Program-made: the position numbers and the translations under genes
Part shown: piece after piece, positions 1 to 8,531 of the stretch
Layout: every line of letters starts with the position of its first letter
Numbering within the stretch: position 1 is the stretch's first letter
From: a virus
Strand: one strand, 5' to 3'
IMG/VR virus record: IMGVR_UViG_3300017971_007885
Span: 1-64,000 of that record
DNA: 64,000 nt
Notes under the pieces: model-generated
What the model was told of the DNA's origin: nothing
The model's database searches: none
What the model saw: the letters and a program-made list of their open reading frames with translations, nothing else

Positions 1-237
1 CAGTTGTCGGGCGGTGAACGGGTGATCGCTGCCCTTGCGTGCCGGTTGGCCATAGCCAAGTACCGGGCCGATCTTGGCATGATGGTTTTGGATGAACCCA
101 CGATCCACTTGGATCCAAACAGTAAGCAGGGACTAGTAGAAGTTGTAGCGGCGTTGGGGTTGGGTCAGATTATCATTGTCTCACACGATGATGCCTTTAC
201 AACGGCGGCCACGAACGTGATAGAGGTAGGGCCATGA
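1..237 (+). CDS. SbcC/Rad50-like ABC ATPase, C-terminal fragment (5' truncated by window edge)
   Basis: LSGGE signature, Walker B LDEPT and H-loop VSHD motifs. Confidence 0.85.
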   Translation, partial: QLSGGERVIAALACRLAIAKYRADLGMMVLDEPTIHLDPNSKQGLVEVVAALGLGQIIIVSHDDAFTTAATNVIEVGP

Positions 238-953
238 GCGAACTAATGGAGTGGAAGCGTTGGGAAGTCCAGGGACGTGGTTTTGGCCCTAGACAGGTGA
301 TCGAAGCGCCAAGCAAGGGCGTGGCCATTGCTTATTACGAGTGCATGCATGCAATAGATTCTATCGATGATGTGGTTGAGTGTGTGCCCACAGATAGGCC
401 GCTTTATGGTTCCAAAGAAGACGTAAATCAAACTTTGGGCGGGGTCAATGCTTTGAAGGTCCGGGAACTCGATGCCCGCCACAATGCCCTTCTTGGGCTC
501 CAGAGGCGTTATGCTATTGCCTACAAGATAGCTCATGCTCTAGATCACAGCTTCAGCCATGGGCCGTATAAAGTGCTTTGGAAGGCGTTAGAAGTGGAAC
601 CGGACGAAAAACATGCGTTGCTTTGTGAGATTTATCCGGAAGGGCCAACGATTATCAAGCACTATTGGAATGGGAAGCGGTGGGTTATGGCGGGAACTTT
701 GTCCATTGTGGCCAAAGACGAAGGCGATCCACTCGGGCCGGTGCGCTATGGTTTCCCTGGAGTGTTTGAGTTGGCAGGTATCCCGGCGTTGCCTTTTATG
801 TGTCCACACGATCAGATTGTAGACAATGGGGGCAAGGGCCGGACGGTATACGTGCATCGGTGTGCTCAGTGCGGGAAGCTTTTTGCCAGAAGTATGATGG
901 CTCTTGTACCGGCGAAGTGTGGCCGGTGCTCTGAAAGGCGGATCACGTTATGA
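234..953 (+). CDS. hypothetical protein with C-terminal zinc-ribbon
   Basis: ATGA-coupled ORF; CAQC...CGRC. Confidence 0.6.
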   Translation: MSELMEWKRWEVQGRGFGPRQVIEAPSKGVAIAYYECMHAIDSIDDVVECVPTDRPLYGSKEDVNQTLGGVNALKVRELDARHNALLGLQRRYAIAYKIAHALDHSFSHGPYKVLWKALEVEPDEKHALLCEIYPEGPTIIKHYWNGKRWVMAGTLSIVAKDEGDPLGPVRYGFPGVFELAGIPALPFMCPHDQIVDNGGKGRTVYVHRCAQCGKLFARSMMALVPAKCGRCSERRITL

Positions 954-1396
954 GGGCGGAACTCGAAGCGTTGCTTGATCGGGCGGTGGATTATCAAGAT
1001 GAGCCCATAGAGTGGGCCAGGGCGTGGGCTATGGCGGCCCAAATGCGCAATGTGCTATGCTATCGGGGATCGGAGATAGTCCGTTGGCATGAAGATTGGT
1101 ACAACGAGATCGAGATGTGGGGGGCAGATCGGGCCGGGCTGACAGTTGAGATTATCAAACAATGTGCACTTGAGGCTTTGACTGGGCGATCCGCTCCAGG
1201 TCGGAATTTTGGGCTAGAAGTGCGCTATGAAGCATGGTGGAATCATACGTGGGGGCTCCAGGGCTATAGGTCCATGTGTGAAGAGTTAGTGAATATGCAC
1301 CGTGATCTAGAGATCGGGTGTAAAGGGTTTGAGTCATATGATCAATGGTTGGCGGTGTTGCTGGAAGGCGCTCCGCCCCGAGAGTTGAGCCTGTAA
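950..1396 (+). CDS. hypothetical protein
   Basis: ATGA overlap with previous gene. Confidence 0.6.
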   Translation: MRAELEALLDRAVDYQDEPIEWARAWAMAAQMRNVLCYRGSEIVRWHEDWYNEIEMWGADRAGLTVEIIKQCALEALTGRSAPGRNFGLEVRYEAWWNHTWGLQGYRSMCEELVNMHRDLEIGCKGFESYDQWLAVLLEGAPPRELSL

Positions 1397-1419
1397 CAGG
1401 CTAGAAAGCAGGATTATCA

Positions 1420-1620
1420 ATGTTTGGAAGTTGGAGCGAACAGGCAAAATGGGTGATTCAGTGTATCAAACGAGCGGTGCAACCGTATGGCCGGGACAAA
1501 TATGGCCGGGAATGGCGGGGGAAAGTGTGGCCCAAGATTGTAGAAGCCGGGCCGCCCGCCGATCTGACAGAAAAAGAGAGTAGGGCCGGGTATTGGGAAT
1601 TGGTTGCAGATCTGCCTTGA
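1420..1620 (+). CDS. hypothetical protein
   Basis: fills gap, AGGA RBS upstream. Confidence 0.5.
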   Translation: MFGSWSEQAKWVIQCIKRAVQPYGRDKYGREWRGKVWPKIVEAGPPADLTEKESRAGYWELVADLP

Positions 1621-1645
1621 CCGTGGGGATCTCTCGTGGTATACT
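1617..1645 (+). promoter_or_regulatory. sigma70-type promoter
   Basis: TTGACC (1617-1622), 17-nt spacer, TG-n-TATACT (1640-1645). Confidence 0.7.
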
Positions 1646-1688
1646 TGGATCAAGTTATACCACATCGGACAGAAGCTAGGAGCCAGCC

Positions 1689-1892
1689 ATGCCGGTTGAT
1701 CTTGCATCGTTCACGAGTGTATCAAGTTTTTTTGTTCTATTGTGGTTGTTGATTCTCCGGGTGTTGCCGGTGGATTGGCTGACCATCATGGGGCTTGTGA
1801 TCTTTGCGATCATCGGCATGGCTTCTAGCGATCAAATGAAAAGAGCGGAAGAACATGGACGAACCAGAAAAAAGTTTGATGCTCACAAGTGA
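1689..1892 (+). CDS. small membrane protein (2 TM)
   Basis: AGGAG RBS; two hydrophobic stretches and a basic tail. Confidence 0.55.
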   Translation: MPVDLASFTSVSSFFVLLWLLILRVLPVDWLTIMGLVIFAIIGMASSDQMKRAEEHGRTRKKFDAHK

Positions 1893-2643
1893 GCTAGACA
1901 TATTATCAAACTGGGATGCAACCGCAACCAGGGCCAACGGGCTGGAACTATGTCAACGGTCCAGCACCTTGGTGACAGCGGCGGAACGAAGCGAAGATCA
2001 AACATTTCTTGTCTTTGCGTGGGCGTGCTATTCGTTTTATGAGACAAAAATACCCGGCACTGGGGGCAAGAAAAAATGGCAGTTGACCAGGATCATAGAT
2101 CCCAAAACGGGCGTGATCCCGCCCTATGCCGATAGTTGGGCAGAGTTTTGTACCCGGCACTTGCGCAAAGCTACAACCACGGTAAGCGGGTATAAATCTA
2201 TTTGGGATACGTATGTGGTCAAGCTGGAGATCGACGTAACAAGATTATCATTGGCCGGCAAAAGCAAGCTACTCGTGGCCCAGAAATTGATCAAAGACAT
2301 GTATCCGGGCGTGAACAAAGAGCTTATGGATAAGCTTCTTGATCCTGAAGTCTCACTAAAGGAACTGCAAGACTTGGTGCACAAATTGCGGCGCTTGATG
2401 GATGGCAAGGACGATCCGGAAGAAGAGGAAGAGCCCAAGGGTGCCTTCCAGGGGGATCAGCGTTACGACAAGGATATGGGGATCATTTACTGGACCGGAC
2501 ACTTTATATACAAAGATCGCAAGGTGCCCTTGAATGAGTTGACCTTTGATGTACTCGGGCCGGATGTGGTGGGAAAGGGTGTGCCTGAAGATCTTGTGAT
2601 CCCGCTTATGGATGCTATAGCCGAAGCGTTGGGGGGATCATGA
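1855..2643 (+). CDS. hypothetical protein
   Basis: 262-aa ORF coupled to next gene. Confidence 0.65.
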   Translation: MDEPEKSLMLTSELDILSNWDATATRANGLELCQRSSTLVTAAERSEDQTFLVFAWACYSFYETKIPGTGGKKKWQLTRIIDPKTGVIPPYADSWAEFCTRHLRKATTTVSGYKSIWDTYVVKLEIDVTRLSLAGKSKLLVAQKLIKDMYPGVNKELMDKLLDPEVSLKELQDLVHKLRRLMDGKDDPEEEEEPKGAFQGDQRYDKDMGIIYWTGHFIYKDRKVPLNELTFDVLGPDVVGKGVPEDLVIPLMDAIAEALGGS

Positions 2644-3515
2644 AGACAACGATCGGATGGACTGACCATAGTTTGAATCCGGGAATCTTTGGGTGCTCCC
2701 CTAAAGGGCCGGAGTGCTTGCACTGCTATGCCGCCAAGATGGCACATAGACAGGTTGCCATGGGCAATTATCCACAAGGGATCACCGAGAGAACGGCGGA
2801 AGGGGTCAAGTGGACCGGGAAAGTGATCTTGGGATGCCATGCTTACGTGGTGGATGCTTTTGCCAAGTTGCCCAAACAGAAGCGGGGGCGGGTGTTTGTA
2901 ACCAGTATGGCCGATCTTTTCCATTGGCAGGTCAACAGCACGTTTATCCTGAACGTGTACAAAGAGATGGCCGCCAGGCCACACTTGACTTTCATGGTGC
3001 TCACCAAGAGGCCAGATCATTTACTCGAATTTTGGCAAGCCCTGAGAGTATGGGACGGTGGCAAGTATTCCGAGTTGCCCAACGTGTACTATGGTATAAC
3101 CGGTGGCACCCAAGGTACCTTTACCGAACGGTGGGCGCTCTTGCGCCAGGTGGAAGCGCCCCGGTATTTTGTGAGCCTGGAGCCGTTATTATCAAGCGTG
3201 GTACTGCCTTCCGACTTGCTCAATCTCGGGGACCGGGTACAAGTGATCTGGGGCGGTGAACAGGACGCCAGGGCCAGAGTGATGAAGCCGGTGGATGCCA
3301 GGGCGATCCGGGATCAACTTGAGGGAACGGGGATCAAGCGTTACTTCAAGCAATGGGGAACGTTCTTGCCCGCCAGCCAGATGATCCCCGGCGTGCATAC
3401 GAGCTTTACCGACTTGGCACCAGGCGGCGATAACACTTTTATCAAAGTAACTAAGGCCGGGCAAAGCGATCTTCTTGATGGGGTGACCTATCATGAGCAT
3501 TTGGACCTTGCGTAA
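2640..3515 (+). CDS. DUF5131 / phage Gp37-Gp68 family protein
   Basis: TTIGWTD..NP..GCSPKGPECLHCYA, SMADLFH, LTKRP, SLEPLL, GGE, FKQWG motifs. Confidence 0.9.
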   Translation: MKTTIGWTDHSLNPGIFGCSPKGPECLHCYAAKMAHRQVAMGNYPQGITERTAEGVKWTGKVILGCHAYVVDAFAKLPKQKRGRVFVTSMADLFHWQVNSTFILNVYKEMAARPHLTFMVLTKRPDHLLEFWQALRVWDGGKYSELPNVYYGITGGTQGTFTERWALLRQVEAPRYFVSLEPLLSSVVLPSDLLNLGDRVQVIWGGEQDARARVMKPVDARAIRDQLEGTGIKRYFKQWGTFLPASQMIPGVHTSFTDLAPGGDNTFIKVTKAGQSDLLDGVTYHEHLDLA

Positions 3516-3787
3516 TGGCTCAGTTTATACGGATTGCAACGGATGAAGATCGGAAACGTGTTGCACAATTTGAATTGCGTTTTGCAAGGAATAGGGAAAT
3601 AGAGCCGGTGCTTTGGATTTCAACTTTGCAATCTTGGTTTGATGGGTTTATAGAAGATGCTCCAGAACCAACACAACAAGACAGAAGGGCATATGTAGCA
3701 GGTATGAAACGAGCACTCCAGTGTAAAGATGCTACTGGGATAAGTGGAAAGTATGTTGTAGGTAAGGAGTTGGCCAGTGAAAGCTAA
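3515..3787 (+). CDS. hypothetical protein
   Basis: TAATG coupling. Confidence 0.6.
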   Translation: MAQFIRIATDEDRKRVAQFELRFARNREIEPVLWISTLQSWFDGFIEDAPEPTQQDRRAYVAGMKRALQCKDATGISGKYVVGKELASES

Positions 3788-4283
3788 TCCGCCTATGGCT
3801 GAAGGGCCGTTTATCTATCGTTTTGAGATCGTTGGCCAACCGCCCCGGAAGAGCAATAACCGGGTGATCCGGTGGGTGTATCGGAGCAAGAGCGATCCAA
3901 AGCGCAAAACCCATGGGCCAATGAGGCCGATCGTTGCCAAGTCGGATGAAGCCATAGCGTGGGTCAATGAGGCTATAGAGCAGGTGCCGGAAGACTTCAA
4001 GCTTATGCTTGGGAGCCTGGAAGAGCCCTTGGGAATCACGTTCTTTATCACCTATCGGAATGAAAGGCCGGATCTGTCGGCTGAATTGATATGTGATATG
4101 CTCCAAGATGCTGGAATGCTCAAAGATGACCGGTATCTTAGGGAAAAACATCTATACTGGTACAAGAACAAAGAACGGCAAGGGGTCAAGATTCTATTAT
4201 TTTCAAGCCTGGACGATCCGATCTTGATACAGGTCCGGGATCTCTTCCTTGATTGTCTGGAAGATAGAAATGGGAGCATGTAA
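3777..4283 (+). CDS. RusA-like Holliday junction resolvase
   Basis: PPRKSN, RPDLS..ICDMLQ..G...DDR pattern. Confidence 0.7.
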   Translation: MKANPPMAEGPFIYRFEIVGQPPRKSNNRVIRWVYRSKSDPKRKTHGPMRPIVAKSDEAIAWVNEAIEQVPEDFKLMLGSLEEPLGITFFITYRNERPDLSAELICDMLQDAGMLKDDRYLREKHLYWYKNKERQGVKILLFSSLDDPILIQVRDLFLDCLEDRNGSM

Positions 4284-4284
4284 G

Positions 4285-5292
4285 ATGGAAATAACACTTG
4301 TTGGAATTGATTTTGGTCGTGGGGGAACCAAGGCCGTGGTGTCTCGGGATGTGCGCACATGCTTCCCTTCAGTGGTGGCCAGGGACGTGGAACGGCGCTA
4401 TGGAGATCTCTTGACGCCCCTGGATGCTAATGGGTGTGTGCACGTTCAGATTATCAATGAATTTGGGACACGCCAGATCGAACGCCTTGTGGGCAAAACG
4501 GCTATAGACCAAAACCCACTTGCCAGGGCGGAACTTGCCCAACAGCGTGATCCGGATGATGTGATCGCTCTTGTGGCAGAAGCGTTTTACAAGCTTGGAG
4601 TTGTGGGGCCGGCCAAATTGGTCGTGGGCGCTCCGATCGATTATTACAAGCCGATCCGGGACAATCGCACCTATCACGATTTGTTGATCGGTAACTGGAC
4701 GATCAACGGCCATGAAGTACAGGTGTTGGATGTAGTTGTGTTGCCTGAAGCCGTGGGCACGTTTTATTCTTTGGCCCTGGACTTGGACGGCAATCCCAAA
4801 AACCTGGACCTGCTTAGAGGCGATCATGCAGTAGTAGACGTGGGCATGTTTACCACGGATGTGGTATGGTTTAGAGATTCACGATTCATAGAGCCAAGGT
4901 CGTTTTCTCGCCAGTTTGGCGTACATGCTATCTTGACGGCACTCAAGGCGCATATGCTCAACGAGCACGGCCAGGATGTGAGTTATTTCCGGCTAGATGG
5001 GCCGCTCCGGGATGGCAAAGCCGGACTTGGAGAAAACACGATCGATTTTGGCCCAGTGATCAACCAGGCGGCGGAAGTGTTGGCAGAATCGATCATATCC
5101 GAACTGCGATCGGCGTGGCGTGATGTGATGGGGTTGCGATCCGTGCACATTTGCGGCGGTGGCTCATATTACACATGGCAGTATTTTCAAGATGAGTACG
5201 GGGATATTGCCAGGCCGGTGCAAGATGCTGAATGGTCAAATGCCATGGGATTCCGGGCTTTTGCACCGTACAAATTCAGGAGGGCTGCATGA
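4285..5292 (+). CDS. ParM/StbA-family actin-like ATPase
   Basis: GIDFGRGGTK, FPSVV, LPEAVG, VVDVGMFTTD, ICGGGS, NAMGF actin-fold motifs. Confidence 0.85.
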   Translation: MEITLVGIDFGRGGTKAVVSRDVRTCFPSVVARDVERRYGDLLTPLDANGCVHVQIINEFGTRQIERLVGKTAIDQNPLARAELAQQRDPDDVIALVAEAFYKLGVVGPAKLVVGAPIDYYKPIRDNRTYHDLLIGNWTINGHEVQVLDVVVLPEAVGTFYSLALDLDGNPKNLDLLRGDHAVVDVGMFTTDVVWFRDSRFIEPRSFSRQFGVHAILTALKAHMLNEHGQDVSYFRLDGPLRDGKAGLGENTIDFGPVINQAAEVLAESIISELRSAWRDVMGLRSVHICGGGSYYTWQYFQDEYGDIARPVQDAEWSNAMGFRAFAPYKFRRAA

Positions 5293-5696
5293 AGGGATAT
5301 AGAACCCGGTTTGCCAAGGGGATGGATGATCCTGTTTTGAATGCGTTGGCCACGGGGCGTACCAAAAGTGCATGGTTGGCCAATGCGCTGGAAGCGTTTT
5401 TTCAAGCCTTCGGGCCGGAAGACCTTGGCGAATTGAGCTCAGAACGATACCAAGTTATTGCGTATAATGCCAGGTTGCCCAAGTGGGCGGTAGCTTATCT
5501 GGAGCGGGCAAACAATCATCGATCTGAATTGGTCCGGGCGGCGGCGTGGTTTTATCTCGGGCAACAATCCATGTCTTTTGATCTGAATAAGCTCTTGGCA
5601 GAAATGAAGCGAGTCATCGATCCAGATTTAACGCCCCAGGAACCTATAACCAGTGAAGATCAAGCACTTGTCGAAACACTAACGAGCCAATTTTAG
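5289..5696 (+). CDS. putative ParR-like ribbon-helix-helix DNA-binding protein
   Basis: ATGA-coupled to parM-like gene; two RHH-like segments (KSAWLANAL, RSELVRAAA) and acidic tail. Confidence 0.55.
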   Translation: MKGYRTRFAKGMDDPVLNALATGRTKSAWLANALEAFFQAFGPEDLGELSSERYQVIAYNARLPKWAVAYLERANNHRSELVRAAAWFYLGQQSMSFDLNKLLAEMKRVIDPDLTPQEPITSEDQALVETLTSQF

Positions 5697-5716
5697 TTAG
5701 AAGGGAATTGGGAAAA

Positions 5717-6586
5717 ATGAAGTTGATCGCGTTTGACTTGGAGATCGCAAAACCCATGGTAGATGGGGTGGAATGGTCGGAGCAAAGGCCATTGGGGATA
5801 TCTTGTGCCGCTACCTTAACCAGTGAAGGCCAGATGCGACATTGGCACAACGGCCAGAACTTGACGATAGGCGGCAATTTCGCCTTTGGTAACAAGATGA
5901 ATCCGGGCCAGGTGCATCAATTGGTGGCCTATTTGCAGGACTTTATCAATCGGGGCTATTACGTGGTGACCTGGAACGGGCTTGGTTTTGACTTTGACGT
6001 GTTGGCGGAAGAGTGCAAAGATCGAACGTGGGCCATGCAGGTCGGCAAAATGGCCATGGGTGCACATATCGATCCGGGCTTCCAGATGGTTTGTCAAAAG
6101 GGATATATGATCGGGCTGGAAAAAGCGGCCAAGGGGCTCCGGGTGGAAGGCAAAACCAAGGGCATGCATGGGGCGTTGGCTCCCCTTTTGTGGTCCGGTG
6201 ACCTATCGACAGCAAGCCCAGAGCAGTTGGAAGATATCGCTGGATTTTTTGAGGGCGGCCCGCCCGATCGCTTTGCCGGAAGCAGGTCCGCACAAGCCCT
6301 ATGCCTGGAATATGTGGGTCAGGATGTGCAAGCCACGATGAACGTGTACACAGCGTTGGTCGAGCAAAAAGAAGTGTGGTGGATAACTGCCAAAGGTACG
6401 ATATGCCGGAAGCCGTGGAAGCCGATTATCAAGACCGATCCATATGACCGGCTTTTGACCGTGGAAGAGGCGCTACGGATCGATGAGCCCAATACCTCAT
6501 GGATGTCGGATCCCCGCCCACGGGGTGAATATTTTGGGTGGGTGAAAACGTTACAACAGATGCCCGAGCGTGTGATCACGCTCTAG
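5717..6586 (+). CDS. DEDD 3'-5' exonuclease (RNase_H_2 / PolB-exo-like)
   Basis: AFDLE, TWNGLGFDF, YVGQDV motifs. Confidence 0.8.
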   Translation: MKLIAFDLEIAKPMVDGVEWSEQRPLGISCAATLTSEGQMRHWHNGQNLTIGGNFAFGNKMNPGQVHQLVAYLQDFINRGYYVVTWNGLGFDFDVLAEECKDRTWAMQVGKMAMGAHIDPGFQMVCQKGYMIGLEKAAKGLRVEGKTKGMHGALAPLLWSGDLSTASPEQLEDIAGFFEGGPPDRFAGSRSAQALCLEYVGQDVQATMNVYTALVEQKEVWWITAKGTICRKPWKPIIKTDPYDRLLTVEEALRIDEPNTSWMSDPRPRGEYFGWVKTLQQMPERVITL

Positions 6587-6600
6587 AGAGGAAAGGAGCA

Positions 6601-6750
6601 GTGTCCAGGAACGAAAAGATTCAAGAGTTTTTGCGCGTGTTGTGGGCCATCGTGACCTTACAGGGAACCCCGTGGGGGCTCCTGCGGGCGTGGCTTGACG
6701 TGGCCAGTGGTACCTATCCGGTGGATGATCAAGCCGAAGCAATGGCATAG
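6601..6750 (+). CDS. small hypothetical protein
   Basis: GGAAAGGAG RBS before GTG. Confidence 0.4.
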   Translation: MSRNEKIQEFLRVLWAIVTLQGTPWGLLRAWLDVASGTYPVDDQAEAMA

Positions 6751-6791
6751 GCACGAGCCGGATTATCATTCAGTGAAGGGAGTATGTATCT

Positions 6792-7187
6792 ATGGAAGGG
6801 AATTTGCTTTTTGGGTTTGACCTGTTTGCGATCGTGTTGGCGATCTGGAAGTTGATCACAACGGAACTTTTCCCCAAGTTGTCAGAACGGTGGAAGCGTG
6901 CGATCTTGGCGTTTTTGATGACCGGGGTTACCGTTTTGATCGGGCTCCAGACCATGGGCCTCATCTTTCCGCCAGAATCACAGCCGGTTGTAACCCTTGT
7001 TTTGACGGCGATCATGGCATTCTTGGCCACTATGGGCTATAGTGCGGAAGTGATCGGCGTGGTCAATGCCACAGTGGACTTGGTGCGTTTTGCGGCGATC
7101 CAAAAGATTGCCGAACCCAGTATGATGGCAAAGGGTACGGAAGAGACGGTGCTAAAGCGCATGATCCGCTATCGGTTGCACAAGTGA
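6792..7187 (+). CDS. membrane protein, holin-like
   Basis: three hydrophobic helices, basic C-terminus, GGGAG RBS. Confidence 0.55.
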   Translation: MEGNLLFGFDLFAIVLAIWKLITTELFPKLSERWKRAILAFLMTGVTVLIGLQTMGLIFPPESQPVVTLVLTAIMAFLATMGYSAEVIGVVNATVDLVRFAAIQKIAEPSMMAKGTEETVLKRMIRYRLHK

Positions 7188-7489
7188 CCGGCTCCGGCAA
7201 TTGGGGCCATCAGGGCCGCCCCGGACAACGGGGCGGCTCCATCCCACGGACTGAAGTGCACCCTATCTTCCGGTATGCTCAAGAACGATTATCAAAGCCG
7301 CCGCCGTGGCCGGACGTGATCGTGCTCAAGTCGGGGCTAAAAGTGCCGGTATGCCGGTGTGATGAAGTGTCAGAAGGCGTGATCTTGGTGGAAAATTGGC
7401 GGCTCATGGGTGCAATGTGGGATTTTAAGATGCTTATGCATGAACTTTGTGGGCCGTGTCCAGAAGAAAGGCAATGGACGAAATGTTAG
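7184..7489 (+). CDS. small protein beginning with the SGNWGH tag (no leader)
   Basis: MTGSGNWGHQGRPGQRGGSIP. Confidence 0.6.
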   Translation: MTGSGNWGHQGRPGQRGGSIPRTEVHPIFRYAQERLSKPPPWPDVIVLKSGLKVPVCRCDEVSEGVILVENWRLMGAMWDFKMLMHELCGPCPEERQWTKC

Positions 7490-7953
7490 AGTTTAGGAGT
7501 GATCGGGGGAAAGAGTGGGCCGCCAGGGCTCATCCAAGCCTAGTTGTTGCCGTGAATCGCCAAGTGGGCGAATTTTGGCGGCGTAATGATTTGAGGCTGG
7601 CACGTGAGGACTGCTCTTCTGCGATGTCTTCTCAAGAAGCCGAAAGCGAGATTCCGGAAGGAGCCATGCCTATCTCGGACATATCCAGGATTTTAGGGAT
7701 GGATCGTGCCACTTTGGCCAGGTGGGTCCGGGCGGGGGATCTTCCGTTGGCCGGCCGGTTTATGGTGAAGCGTAGTAGCCGGATTCATCATCAAGAGGTT
7801 TTTACGTGGCCGGGGTTGGTTGTGCAAGAGATTATCACTCGGAATGCAACCAGGACCGGGCGGACCAAAGAAATCATATGGATCGGTGAAGCGGCGTTGG
7901 CGGATAAGGGATATACTCCATGGCTAGAAGCGGCGGATCTATGTCTGGATTAG
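7474..7953 (+). CDS. HTH DNA-binding protein (excisionase/MerR-like)
   Basis: ISDISRILGMDRATLARWVRAGDLP. Confidence 0.65.
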   Translation: MDEMLEFRSDRGKEWAARAHPSLVVAVNRQVGEFWRRNDLRLAREDCSSAMSSQEAESEIPEGAMPISDISRILGMDRATLARWVRAGDLPLAGRFMVKRSSRIHHQEVFTWPGLVVQEIITRNATRTGRTKEIIWIGEAALADKGYTPWLEAADLCLD

Positions 7954-8531
7954 GTGTGCACGGGTTGTCTCTAAGCGGGAACTGGGAAACTCCGCCAAAG
8001 ATGGTAACGGATCTTGCCCCACTTTTCCCGTGGGATCTTGACGTATGCTCTTTGTGGCCCACGATAGCACCCAAGTTTTACACACCTTGGGACGATGGAT
8101 TATCATTGCCCTGGAAAGGTCTGTGCTTCATGAATCCGCCCTATGGCCGGAAGCGATTGATCGATCGGTGGATGGCCAAAGCTAGGGCGGAAGGGTGCAA
8201 ACTGGGCACCACGGTGGTATGCTTGATTCCGGCGCGTACTAGCACCACATGGTGGCAAGATAACGTGCCTTATGCCAGTATGGTAACGTTTATCCGGGGG
8301 CGGCTCCATTTTGTGCTTCGGGAACACTTTGCCCGTAAAGAAAACGGGGTTTTTGTGCGGGTGCCCACCAAGCAGGGGCCGGCGGGCTTTCCAAGCGCCT
8401 TTGTCGTGTTCGGTGATCTGGAGCGAGAGCAGATTATCAAGCTTGACAGCTATGGCTATACAGATATGTCAATTCTTGATGTTGGCGGCATGTGTGATTG
8501 GCTTTCTTGGGTAAAAAGAGAGTGGAAATGA
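7941..8531 (+). CDS. phage DNA N6-adenine methyltransferase (T1 Dam-like family)
   Basis: WETP, DLDVC, DDGL..PW, FMNPPY, LIPART.T.WW, FIRGRL.F. Confidence 0.85.
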   Translation: MSGLGVHGLSLSGNWETPPKMVTDLAPLFPWDLDVCSLWPTIAPKFYTPWDDGLSLPWKGLCFMNPPYGRKRLIDRWMAKARAEGCKLGTTVVCLIPARTSTTWWQDNVPYASMVTFIRGRLHFVLREHFARKENGVFVRVPTKQGPAGFPSAFVVFGDLEREQIIKLDSYGYTDMSILDVGGMCDWLSWVKREWK

